A stretch of 64,000 nt of DNA from an uncultured Candidatus Saccharibacteria bacterium (GTDB lineage: Bacteria; Patescibacteriota; Saccharimonadia; Saccharimonadales; Saccharimonadaceae): the NCBI GenBank assembly GCA_947166895.1, contig CAMVFY010000001.1, positions 7,522-71,521 of the forward strand, given 5' to 3'. The stretch's first letter is position 1; each line of letters opens with the position of its first letter. The notes under the pieces are model-generated. The model did no database searches and was not told the DNA's origin. It was given only the letters and a program-made list of their open reading frames with translations. The position numbers and the translations under genes were made by a program. Below are positions 37,068 to 46,368 of the stretch, piece by piece.

Positions 37068-39182
37068 ATGAAAAACACAATAAAACAAAAACGAGTAATC
37101 GCTGGTGCGGTGTTTTTTGGTATTGTTGCGGTAGTTGCTAGTATCGCAGGCTCTGAGAAAAGTTATGCTGAGGGTATTTTGTGTAACCCTAACGCAAGGA
37201 CGATAGAAAGCGCAGTGTGTATTCAGGATGTGAACCAGTCGGTGATTAACAGTATGGAAGAAGGAAATGAATACTATTTGATCGATTCGCGTGATGAGGA
37301 AGAGTACATCGTGGGGAAGCTAGCGGATGGGAAGGTATGGATGCTCGACAATTTGCGCCTAGGTGGTACAAGCGAGATACGCTTGACATCGAGAGATACG
37401 AATATAGATGAAAGTGTGAACGGTGGGGAGTTTATTTTGCCTTCTGCAGACGACTGGGCGGATAGTTATGAGGAGCCATATTTGAACGACTATTATAAGT
37501 GGGATTGGAGCATTGATGAGGATTGGCTAATTGGCAATTATTACAACTACTGTGCGGCGTCGGCGGGGACCTATTGTGGCGAAGAGGGGGAAGAATTTGG
37601 TGACGCTAAGTATGATATTTGTCCGGCGGGATGGAGAATGCCAACTGGTGGATATGGTGGTGAGTACGAAACTTTGTATAATGCGTATGGGGCTGAGCTT
37701 GAACCTTTTGGCATGGCGTTTCACCTGACGCTTTCGGGAAGATTTTATGATTATGGTGCGGGTTATATTGATGAAGACGGGTATTTTTGGAGTTCATCTT
37801 ACCGAGATGGAGCTAGAATGAGATATTTGCTCGTGAGCCGTAACGATGGCGTGGCCGCAACATCCGGATTTAATCGTGATCGGGGGTATTCGATGAGGTG
37901 TGTGGCTAAGGGTAATGAGGCGCCGGAGCCTGAACCAGAAGCGGTGGTGTGTAATGCGAGTGCTAAGAATATTGACGAGGCATCTTGTATGCAAGATATG
38001 AATCCGCTAGTAAAGCACAGTATGTCGGTGGGGCAGCGCTATACCTTGGTGGATAAGCGTGATGGCGAAAAATACACTGTGGCTAAACTTAGAGATGGCA
38101 ATGTGTGGCTGCTAGATAACTTGAGGCTGGGCAAGAATGAGCCGATTACCTTGACTGCCGAGGATACTAACCTTGTAGGTGGTTCGTTTGTTTTGCCGGC
38201 TGGCGGAAATTGGGAAAATACTTATGTTGAGCCGAAGCTGAGCATATCGAATATTTACGAGAAAGTGGAAGCTGTGGTGCCACTAGACGTAAATCCTGAC
38301 ATTAACGTTATTAAAAGTAATTTACTTAAGGGAAGTGCGAATATTGTGAACGGGCTAACGATTGGTAATTATTATAATTACTGTGCGGCGTCGGCGGGAA
38401 CTGTGTGTGATGAGAGAAATACGAATTTTGCGAGTGCGGAATCGGACATTTGTCCGGCTGGTTGGAGAATGCCAACCGATGCGGCGGATGGGGAGTTTGC
38501 CAGATTGTATAGCCTTTACGATAATAATTATGATAGTTTTATGGGGGCGCTTAGATTACCTTTAAGTGGGCGGTTTTATAATGGCCATGTAGGGTACCTG
38601 AATTATTCGGGGTACACTTGGTCATCGACTTATCGAGACGAGGAGAGAATGAGGATTGCGACGGTATCTAGAGGTAGCCTGGATTTGGTGAGTAGTCACT
38701 ATCGGGATCGAGGATTTTCGATGAGATGCGTGGCGAAGGTGGGGGATTATGGAAGTGGTGAATACGAATGGGTGTACGGGAATGTGTATAGCGATGAGGA
38801 TGATAACAGGTTGGTCTTAAAAATTGACTTTGACATTGATGCGTTAATTCGGGTTGAAGTTGATGGCAACGAACTTGATGTTAGTAAGTATGTTTTGGAA
38901 GAAGGAAGTACCATAATTAATTTTAAGGATGAGTATTTAGACACATTAGCGGATGGAACTTACGCGGTAAAGGCAGTGTACAAGGATGGGTTAGAGATTA
39001 ATACGGATTTTATCGTGATAAATTCGGTGGTGGTGCCAAATACTGGAACGATTGCTTCTGGTGAAATTAACTCTAAAAATGACCTTACGGGGATTGCGGT
39101 GATGGGCGGCGTGTTAGCTACGGTTACCTCACTTGGCGGATTTGTTGTTTATAAAAGATACCACAGAAAAATGTCCTTTTAG
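37068..39182 (+). CDS. surface protein with two FISUMP-like domains and VPNTG anchor
   Basis: Twice WMLDNLRLG, GNYYNYCAASAG, ICPAGWRMPT, SMRCVAK; VPNTG followed by TM and basic tail; TTGACA-17-TATATT promoter. Confidence 0.82.
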   Translation: MKNTIKQKRVIAGAVFFGIVAVVASIAGSEKSYAEGILCNPNARTIESAVCIQDVNQSVINSMEEGNEYYLIDSRDEEEYIVGKLADGKVWMLDNLRLGGTSEIRLTSRDTNIDESVNGGEFILPSADDWADSYEEPYLNDYYKWDWSIDEDWLIGNYYNYCAASAGTYCGEEGEEFGDAKYDICPAGWRMPTGGYGGEYETLYNAYGAELEPFGMAFHLTLSGRFYDYGAGYIDEDGYFWSSSYRDGARMRYLLVSRNDGVAATSGFNRDRGYSMRCVAKGNEAPEPEPEAVVCNASAKNIDEASCMQDMNPLVKHSMSVGQRYTLVDKRDGEKYTVAKLRDGNVWLLDNLRLGKNEPITLTAEDTNLVGGSFVLPAGGNWENTYVEPKLSISNIYEKVEAVVPLDVNPDINVIKSNLLKGSANIVNGLTIGNYYNYCAASAGTVCDERNTNFASAESDICPAGWRMPTDAADGEFARLYSLYDNNYDSFMGALRLPLSGRFYNGHVGYLNYSGYTWSSTYRDEERMRIATVSRGSLDLVSSHYRDRGFSMRCVAKVGDYGSGEYEWVYGNVYSDEDDNRLVLKIDFDIDALIRVEVDGNELDVSKYVLEEGSTIINFKDEYLDTLADGTYAVKAVYKDGLEINTDFIVINSVVVPNTGTIASGEINSKNDLTGIAVMGGVLATVTSLGGFVVYKRYHRKMSF

Positions 39183-39227
39183 AGTGAAACGGAGGGAGAC
39201 GAGGCCACAATATGGTATAATACGGGT

Positions 39228-40454
39228 ATGAATGGTACTCGGGCTTTGATATTTGATTCGTATTTTGATGATTACCGTGGGGTGGTACTATACGTTAGGA
39301 TTTTTGAGGGGAAAATTCCGAAGGGGGCGGAAATTTTGATGATGGCAGCAGGGACAAAGGGGTTAGCGCTTGAAGTGGGGGTGTTAACTCCCAAAATGTC
39401 ACCGCGAGACAAACTTGACACTGGTGAAATAGGCTATATTGTAACAAACCTTAAAACAACGCGTGAGGCAAAGGTGGGCGACACGGTTACTTTGGTGCAT
39501 GAGCCAGCTAGTGAGGCTTTGCCTGGATATAAAAACGTGTTGCCCTTTGTGTACGCGGGGTTTTTTCCTGTTTCGAACGACCAATATAAGGAGCTAAAGG
39601 AAGCGATAGAAAAACTGAGTTTGTCGGACTCGGCCTTGCGATACGAACCGGAGAACTCGCCGGTTTTAGGATTTGGGCTACGAATTGGGTTTTTGGGGCT
39701 TCTTCACATGGATATTATACGAGAGAGGTTGGAACGGGAGTTCGGACTAGATTTGATTGTAACAAACCCGTCAACGAATTATGAAGTAGTAATGGCGAAC
39801 GGTGAGGTTCGTGAAATTAAATCAGCAGCGGATTTGCCGGACGTGTCGGAGATTTCTGAAATACGAGAGCCTTGGGTAAAGGGCGAAATAATTTTACCAA
39901 AATCAATGATTGGAAACGTGCTGAATTTAATCAACGAGAAGCGTGGGCATCAGACGAATTTGTCGTATATTGAGACCAAAGCGGTGATAGATTTTGAGGC
40001 GCCGATGGCAAATTTGCTGACGGATTTTTATGACCAGTTAAAATCGGTAACTTCGGGGTATGCATCCTTTAATTATGAGATTAATGGTTATCGGGCGGGA
40101 GATTTGGTGCGAGTGGATTTTTTGGTGGCAGGGCACAAGATGGATGCTCTCTCGGTGATGGCGCATCGAAGTGAGGCGGATGCAATTGGGCGAGAAGTGA
40201 CAAAAAAGTTGAAAGAGGTAATTCCACGTCAAAATTACGAGGTGGCTCTCCAGGCGGCGATTGGGGCGCGAGTGATAGCGCGTGAAACGATTGGTGCGTA
40301 CCGAAAGGACGTGACAGTAAAAATTCACACTGGGGATCGCGATCGTAAGGCAAAACTGCTAGACAAGCAGAAGCGTGGTAAGGCGCGGATGAAGAGGTTT
40401 GGTAAGATCGACATCCCATCGGAAGCCTTTACGGTGATGCTAAAACGTGATTAA
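39228..40454 (+). CDS. lepA: elongation factor 4 (LepA), C-terminal half: domains II, III, V and CTD
   Basis: ALIFDSYFDDYRGVV, GEIGYI, GLRIGFLGLLHMDII.ERLEREF, YASFNYE, KKLKEVIPRQ, YRKDV, KAKLLDKQKRGKARMK. Confidence 0.95.
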   Translation: MNGTRALIFDSYFDDYRGVVLYVRIFEGKIPKGAEILMMAAGTKGLALEVGVLTPKMSPRDKLDTGEIGYIVTNLKTTREAKVGDTVTLVHEPASEALPGYKNVLPFVYAGFFPVSNDQYKELKEAIEKLSLSDSALRYEPENSPVLGFGLRIGFLGLLHMDIIRERLEREFGLDLIVTNPSTNYEVVMANGEVREIKSAADLPDVSEISEIREPWVKGEIILPKSMIGNVLNLINEKRGHQTNLSYIETKAVIDFEAPMANLLTDFYDQLKSVTSGYASFNYEINGYRAGDLVRVDFLVAGHKMDALSVMAHRSEADAIGREVTKKLKEVIPRQNYEVALQAAIGARVIARETIGAYRKDVTVKIHTGDRDRKAKLLDKQKRGKARMKRFGKIDIPSEAFTVMLKRD

Positions 40455-40462
40455 ATAAGAGT

Positions 40463-40954
40463 ATGATTAAAAAAATAGTGCTTTTTTGTCTGATGGCCAG
40501 CTTGCTGTCGTTGCCGGTAAGTGCGATTTCGGAGGTGCAAAAAAATGCGGTTTCGAATAACTGTATTTCGATAAAAGAGAGTCTAAAAACGACGCAACGA
40601 ATGGACGCGAGGACGAGGGTGTATCTTGGTGGTAAATTCGAGACGATTTTGACGAAATTTATTACACCACTAAACGTCAAGTTGGTGGAGAAAAACATTT
40701 CTAACCCTGGGCTAATCGAAAATCAAAGTAGTTTTGCTGAGATGAAGGCGATGTTTTCGAGTGATTTTATTAGATATCAGCAGAGCTTGGAGGAACTTAT
40801 TGGAACGGATTGTGAAGCAGAGCCGGAGGTTTTTTACAATAGGCTACTCGTAGTGCGGGAGCGACGGAAATTGATGGGACAGGATGTAGCTAGACTAAAG
40901 AGGCTAACTACAGATAACGTGAGATTAGTGACTGAACTTAGGAGTAAATTGTGA
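40463..40954 (+). CDS. secreted helical hypothetical protein
   Basis: Signal peptide, coiled-coil character. Confidence 0.7.
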   Translation: MIKKIVLFCLMASLLSLPVSAISEVQKNAVSNNCISIKESLKTTQRMDARTRVYLGGKFETILTKFITPLNVKLVEKNISNPGLIENQSSFAEMKAMFSSDFIRYQQSLEELIGTDCEAEPEVFYNRLLVVRERRKLMGQDVARLKRLTTDNVRLVTELRSKL

Positions 40955-41319
40955 TGCGAGAAGAAAAAGTTAGAAAAATAACGCGTGGGGGGAGAAATTT
41001 GATACTCCTAGGAGTGTTATCGGTTTTGATTGCTGGAGCAACGACTGGAGTGAGCCTAGCGATTTATCATAACTCCGGAGATATTTACCTAGATCGGTCA
41101 CGACCGGGATTTTTGCCGGACCAGGAAGAAATTGAGCAAGAAGAAGAAAATGAACCTGATGTAATATATGATTACGCAACGGAGGGGGACGTGACGGTGG
41201 AAGGTTTGACGGAATATTTGGAAAAATTGGACTTAGAAATAAAGTTAATTGATGCTTATGAGAAACCGTTTGATATGGAAATCTTGTCGGATGAGCATTT
41301 TGGAATACCGACGGAATAG
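40951..41319 (+). CDS. single-pass membrane hypothetical protein
   Basis: TM helix followed by YL DRSRPG and an acidic domain. Confidence 0.7.
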   Translation: MMREEKVRKITRGGRNLILLGVLSVLIAGATTGVSLAIYHNSGDIYLDRSRPGFLPDQEEIEQEEENEPDVIYDYATEGDVTVEGLTEYLEKLDLEIKLIDAYEKPFDMEILSDEHFGIPTE

Positions 41320-41367
41320 AGGGCTTGATTTTAGTAAACAAAAGTTTTATATTTTAATTAAGTAAAT

Positions 41368-42498
41368 ATGAATAAGGCGATTAAAATGAAACAAAAAAAG
41401 CAGAACTCAATGATTGTTGGGGTGTTTGCGTTGACTGCGATGGTTGTTGTGACAGCGATGGCTATTTATGGGCTTTCTAGTACGGTGGGAGAGATTCGGG
41501 AGTTGGCGGTGGCGGAAACGCCAGAGGCGGTTTTAGCTAGCGCTGGGGTGGAGAACGCAGGCGACGTCATGGTGCCAGTGGCATATTTTGATCAAAGGGC
41601 GGATGAGTGCGTGAATATGTATGATGATGCACTGAGAGCAATTTTACTAGCTAGACAGTTTGAGTGGACTAGGTGCGGATATGGGGGACAGTGGGCCGAG
41701 GAAGGCCTGGTCGATTATTATCTCGGCAACGATAGTTTACCAGTTGGAGTGGGGGGGAGGTTGACAGTTAATCGTAGCCTCAATGACTTAACTCGATGGT
41801 TTAAAGAGGTTGACAACAAAAGCAAAAGATATGCAAAGACATTGCCCCTGAGATATGTAGCTCAGGAGCTAAAATTTTTTTATGAGGGTAGTGAGTTTTA
41901 CCCACTAGACGATGTTGATTTTAGTAATGATGACTATGTAAACGGGGATGGACATAATCATTTGTTTACTATGAGTTTAGCGGTGCCGTTTAGAGTTGCT
42001 GGTAATGGTAGCGAAGCGCTAGAAATAGAAGCTGATGATGACACTTTTGTGTTTGTGAATGAGAGGTTGGCAATTGACCTAGGTGGAGTTCATGAGCCGA
42101 TGAAAGGCGTTTTTCGGATCAATGAGCAGGGTGAGGTGATGGCTGGTAAGCAAGGGGAAGAGCTAGCGTTTACTGGTATAAAATTAGAACTAGGCGATAA
42201 TGCAATAATTCGGATTTTTCATGCGGATAGGGATGCGGAGAGCTCAGTATTCAATATGAGTCTGATTGGTATAGAACCAAAAATCGTTAATACACAGATA
42301 GCGGATAGTGACGGAGTACAGGTGGCCTATGATCCGAATGATCCATTGTATGCAAAGCCACTAGGTGTAAGCAAGACCGTACAGTTAGATAATAAAAGAA
42401 GCTATATCATAATAGCGACAATTTATGGCGTGACCATTATAGTGGTGGCGATGGGGGTTGTGGTGCTAGCACGATATTTGATGAGGGTGCGACGGTAG
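41368..42498 (+). CDS. fibro-slime/PA14-like domain protein
   Basis: HNHLFTM, ADDDTFVFVN..LAIDLGGVH; N- and C-terminal TM helices. Confidence 0.75.
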   Translation: MNKAIKMKQKKQNSMIVGVFALTAMVVVTAMAIYGLSSTVGEIRELAVAETPEAVLASAGVENAGDVMVPVAYFDQRADECVNMYDDALRAILLARQFEWTRCGYGGQWAEEGLVDYYLGNDSLPVGVGGRLTVNRSLNDLTRWFKEVDNKSKRYAKTLPLRYVAQELKFFYEGSEFYPLDDVDFSNDDYVNGDGHNHLFTMSLAVPFRVAGNGSEALEIEADDDTFVFVNERLAIDLGGVHEPMKGVFRINEQGEVMAGKQGEELAFTGIKLELGDNAIIRIFHADRDAESSVFNMSLIGIEPKIVNTQIADSDGVQVAYDPNDPLYAKPLGVSKTVQLDNKRSYIIIATIYGVTIIVVAMGVVVLARYLMRVRR

Positions 42499-42499
42499 A

Positions 42500-42832
42500 T
42501 TATTTGCGAGGTTTAGATATATTGGCGGGGCGGTCGTAGATTGGCAGAATGATGGGGTGTTTGTTGCCGAGGTGGTCGTAGAGAGGGATATTTAGCTCGT
42601 GTGCGAGAGTGTTGACGATAGAAGCGCCGATGCGGAGTCCGGTAAAAGAGCCAGGACCGGACATGAAAGTGATTTCGGTGATGTCGCGAAAAGTACAGTC
42701 ATTCTCTTGCAACTTGTCGCGAATGAAAGCAAGGAGCTTTTCGGCGAGAGTATTGTCAAAAACATAACGATATTCGTGGTCGTTTAATCTTAGGATGGTT
42801 TCGGGAGTAGAGGTATCGAGATACAATTTCAT
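42500..42832 (-). CDS. tsaB: minimal TsaB (t6A modification)
   Basis: LYLDTS, GPGSFTGLRIG. Confidence 0.85.
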   Translation of the reverse strand: MKLYLDTSTPETILRLNDHEYRYVFDNTLAEKLLAFIRDKLQENDCTFRDITEITFMSGPGSFTGLRIGASIVNTLAHELNIPLYDHLGNKHPIILPIYDRPANISKPRK

Positions 42833-42851
42833 GGTATAATATTATACAATG
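42830..42851. promoter_or_regulatory. palindromic bidirectional promoter (tsaB / tsaE)
   Basis: CATggtataatattatacaATG, TATAAT on both strands 8 nt from each start. Confidence 0.75.
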
Positions 42852-43250
42852 GACATCAAATCTGAACAAGAGATGCTGAATTTTGGGCGTGAATACGCAT
42901 CAAAAATAGTAAGACCGGTCGTAATCGAGTTGGTGGGAGATGTGGGGACTGGAAAAACGACTTTTGTGAGAGGATTAGCGGAAGGGTTAGGTGTACGAGA
43001 ACCGGTTACGAGTCCGAGTTTTACGATTTCGAAATCTTATGCCTTGCCAGAGGGCGGGCGATTAATACACTATGATTTTTATCGACTTTCGGAACCGGGA
43101 ATAATGAAGGATGATTTAGTGGACAATATGAAAGATGAAAAAAATATATTGGTTGTGGAGTGGGGTGAGTCGGTGGCGGAATTGTTGCCCAAGAAGCACA
43201 CTAAAATTGAAATTGAATATACTGAAGACGGAAGGAGAATTATAATATGA
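42849..43250 (+). CDS. tsaE: tRNA threonylcarbamoyladenosine ATPase TsaE
   Basis: LVGDVGTGKTTFVRG, VTSPSFTI, HYDFYRL, VVEWG. Confidence 0.95.
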   Translation: MDIKSEQEMLNFGREYASKIVRPVVIELVGDVGTGKTTFVRGLAEGLGVREPVTSPSFTISKSYALPEGGRLIHYDFYRLSEPGIMKDDLVDNMKDEKNILVVEWGESVAELLPKKHTKIEIEYTEDGRRIII

Positions 43251-44500
43251 ATATTTATATTTCGGGAATTACTGGGACTGGTATGGGGCCACTGGCTTTG
43301 ATGGCTCGGCAGGCTGGATTTACGGTGTGCGGTTCGGACTTGAATAAGGGAGCGATTTATGATGAGCTAATAAGGGCGGGAATTGAGGTTTGCATAGGAC
43401 AAGACGGGGAATTTTTGCGTGAGAAATTAGCTGAGGGAGTAGATTGGTTTTGTTATACATCGGCGCTACCAGATGACCACGTAGAGCTTACGTTAGCACG
43501 TGGGGCTGGAGTAAAGGTTACGAAGCGAGATGACCTGACGGCTTTTTTGGTAGAAAAATTGGGACTTAAGATGGTGGCGGTAGCGGGAACTCATGGTAAA
43601 ACGACAACAACGGCGATGATTGTATGGGCGGCAATGAAGTTGGGTTTGCCAATTTCATATTTAGTGGGGACGACTTTGGGGTTTGCCCAAAGTGGCTCGT
43701 ATCACAAAGGTGACAAGTATTTTGTTTATGAGGCAGATGAATACGATCGGAATTTTTTGAAGTATCATCCCTGGATAGCCGTGGTACCGGCAGTGAGCTA
43801 CGATCATCCAGATATTTATCCTACGAGGGAGGATTATAGGCTTGCGTTTGAACAGTTTAAGGCGCAAAGTGAAAGAGTGATAGAAGATAGTAGTAGGTAT
43901 CGGCCTGATGATTTTCGGTTGGCGGGTGAGGCACGGAGACGCGATGCGAGCCTTGCGGCAGAGGCGGTTTTGCAAGTGGCGCAGGATGAAGCTAAAGGAA
44001 GGGGAGAAAAACTTTCGTTTGACGGTTCTCGGTTAGTTGAGATTTTGGACGAATTTCCGGGTGTAGGCCGGAGGTTCGAGAAAATTAAAGAAGGGGTTTA
44101 TTCGGATTATGCACATCATCCGGAGGAGATAGCAGCAACGATGGATGTTGTGAAGGACGAAAAGCGACTTCACGGGTACAAGGGGGTGGTAGTGGTATAT
44201 CAACCGCACCAGAATACGAGGCAGCACGAGGTGCGAGAGGGGTACAAAGATGCGTTTATGGGGGCGGATAAGATTTTTTGGTTGCCAACGTACTTAACAC
44301 GAGAGAATCCGAATTTGGCAGTTCTGACGCCGGAAGAGTTAACTAAGGGGCTATCTAACCGAGAGGTGGCGGAGACGGCGGAGGCGAACGAAGTTTTGGC
44401 GGATAAATTAAAACAGTACGTGCTGCAGGGGTATTTAGTAATTTTGATGACGGCTGGCCCGGCGGATGGGTGGCTACGTTCGGTTTTTGATAGAGATTAA
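43247..44500 (+). CDS. murC: Mur ligase family protein (MurC-like)
   Basis: GITGTGMGPLA, VAGTHGKTTT, EADEYDR, DYAHHPEEI, YQPH. Confidence 0.8.
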   Translation: MNIYISGITGTGMGPLALMARQAGFTVCGSDLNKGAIYDELIRAGIEVCIGQDGEFLREKLAEGVDWFCYTSALPDDHVELTLARGAGVKVTKRDDLTAFLVEKLGLKMVAVAGTHGKTTTTAMIVWAAMKLGLPISYLVGTTLGFAQSGSYHKGDKYFVYEADEYDRNFLKYHPWIAVVPAVSYDHPDIYPTREDYRLAFEQFKAQSERVIEDSSRYRPDDFRLAGEARRRDASLAAEAVLQVAQDEAKGRGEKLSFDGSRLVEILDEFPGVGRRFEKIKEGVYSDYAHHPEEIAATMDVVKDEKRLHGYKGVVVVYQPHQNTRQHEVREGYKDAFMGADKIFWLPTYLTRENPNLAVLTPEELTKGLSNREVAETAEANEVLADKLKQYVLQGYLVILMTAGPADGWLRSVFDRD

Positions 44501-44528
44501 ATAAACCCCCGAATGATCGGGGGTTTAT
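44501..44528. terminator. hairpin between convergent genes, likely bidirectional terminator
   Basis: 12-bp perfect stem ataaacccccga/tcgggggtttat. Confidence 0.75.
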
Positions 44529-44539
44529 CAGGAGGTGTG

Positions 44540-45706
44540 CTAACGATTTTTTAGAACTTGCAGTGCGCGATAGGCGGTGACAATGGCTTGCTCGGTAGTG
44601 AGTGGACCGTTGGGGTTGAACAAATTGTTCCCCACTCCTTTTAGGATGCCGGTTTGGGACGGCCAGCCTAATTCGGGGCTAGACCAATGTCCGATGACAT
44701 CGGTAAAGTTGTGGGTGTAGCCACTGGTGTTTACTCCGACGACATTGGCGACGCGATTGACTAGTGCTGCAATCTGAGCGCGGGTAAGTGTGCCATCAGG
44801 ATAAAATTGGTTGTTGCCGATGCCGTTGATGATGCCAAGGGCGTTGGCAGCAAAGACATTAGGATCATCCGTGTCGGTGAAAGCCTGAGGGTTGACTGTA
44901 ACGTTTTTGTCGACCAAGATGTCGCTGATGGGCTTGCCGTAGCTTTCCTCGAGCAGGCGCACAATGATAGCGGTAACCTTTCCACGTGTGATGGGCTGCT
45001 TATAATTTTTTTGCTCACTTTCTGGGACTAGGTGGCTGGCAATAGCAGCGATAACTTCGTCTCTAGCCCAGTCAGAAGGGTGGTCTTCGTTTACCGTAGT
45101 GTCGCCATAGTGGATGGTTGACATCAAGAGAAAATGGTTGTTTTTCTCAAAAACGATGTTTTCCCATTGCTCGGCACTGCCTGCGTAGTAAACGCTCTCT
45201 AGATTTTCACAAGCGAAGGCTGCATCGCCTACGCTTGTCAGCGTGGACGGCAAACTGAGGCTGGTTAAATAGCGACAGTAGATGAAGGCTTGCTCGCCGA
45301 TGGACGTAACTCCTTCTGGAATTACGACATTAGTGAGCCCATCACAGCTGCCAAAAGCGAATTTGCCGATGGTTTGTACGCTGCTAGGAATTTCTACGCT
45401 GGTGAGATAAGGATTGTTGTGCCACATAAAGTAAAACGAGCGGTCGCCGATGTGGGTGATACCGTTTTCGATGATGACCGTTTTGACCTTGGTGGTGTCC
45501 TTCAACTTTAGCCAGGGAGCCAACGAGGAACTGGTATAATCTTCCATGGGCCCCTGTCCGCTGATGGTGAGTGTGCCGTCATCGGTGAGAGTCCAAGTGG
45601 CGTTTTCGCCACAGGAACCACTACCGGTGACTCCTAACGCGTAGGTTTGTGGCGCCAAGACAAGACAGAGAATTAGTGCCAACATAAAGGTATAGATTCT
45701 TCTCAT
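44540..45706 (-). CDS. secreted BspA-type LRR plus S-layer homology (SLH) domain protein
   Basis: GSCGENATWTL, IP.SV..IG..AF repeats; SLH-like IINGIGNNQFYPDGTLTRAQ and ILKGVGNNLFNPNGPLTTEQA; AAGGAGGT SD. Confidence 0.85.
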   Translation of the reverse strand: MRRIYTFMLALILCLVLAPQTYALGVTGSGSCGENATWTLTDDGTLTISGQGPMEDYTSSSLAPWLKLKDTTKVKTVIIENGITHIGDRSFYFMWHNNPYLTSVEIPSSVQTIGKFAFGSCDGLTNVVIPEGVTSIGEQAFIYCRYLTSLSLPSTLTSVGDAAFACENLESVYYAGSAEQWENIVFEKNNHFLLMSTIHYGDTTVNEDHPSDWARDEVIAAIASHLVPESEQKNYKQPITRGKVTAIIVRLLEESYGKPISDILVDKNVTVNPQAFTDTDDPNVFAANALGIINGIGNNQFYPDGTLTRAQIAALVNRVANVVGVNTSGYTHNFTDVIGHWSSPELGWPSQTGILKGVGNNLFNPNGPLTTEQAIVTAYRALQVLKNR

Positions 45707-45834
45707 TATGATACCTCCTTTTTAAGGTCCATAGTGGGTAACTACAATATAATTATAACATATTTGTTGAAAAAATAAAAGTATTAGCAAAAAACGGGGT
45801 TGTTTTTTCTTTATGCTTATGCTATAATAGAGAG

Positions 45835-46368
45835 GTGAGTATAGGTGCAGTACTGACAAATGATAAAAAACAAGGCGTTGGTAGTTTTGTTTTTGTTTTT
45901 TTGGTTTTAATGATTCTGATTGTTGGCTTAACGATCGGGATCATTATTTTTAATGTTAGAAATAGTAGGGATGCTGATGAGGTAAGTATTGATGCTGCAC
46001 AAGAAGATTTGGCGGTTGCCTATTGGGCTGATTCGGTTACAACTGATATCATAGTGAAGTTGGAGGCGGGCGAAGGGTATACTTTGGATGAGGCTAGGTT
46101 GGATTTTGAAAAATTGCTAGATGAGAATGAGGGGCGTGAAAAATATTATTTGACGGTGCAATTCGCGTATTTTATTTATTTTTACTATGGCGACATCGGA
46201 TGGTCGGTCAATGTGCTGAATGGGGTGGACGAGTTGGTGGGGGATAGTTTGCGGATGGATTACTATTTGTCGTATAGGAATTTATATGAGATGGCAGAGG
46301 ATGAAAGCCAGGCGCGATATTATGACGATTTGATTAAGGAGGTCATGGAGAAAAATGCGACTAAGTAA
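45835..46368 (+). CDS. single-pass membrane protein, partner 1
   Basis: TM helix then helical acidic domain; paralogous in layout to 50078-50638. Confidence 0.7.
   Translation: MSIGAVLTNDKKQGVGSFVFVFLVLMILIVGLTIGIIIFNVRNSRDADEVSIDAAQEDLAVAYWADSVTTDIIVKLEAGEGYTLDEARLDFEKLLDENEGREKYYLTVQFAYFIYFYYGDIGWSVNVLNGVDELVGDSLRMDYYLSYRNLYEMAEDESQARYYDDLIKEVMEKNATK

Noticed and set aside
31899-39227. Intein or self-splicing intron interrupting lepA
   Set aside because: The N half ends in a stop codon, there are no intein terminal motifs, the interval holds several genes with their own promoters, and the C half has its own promoter and ATG
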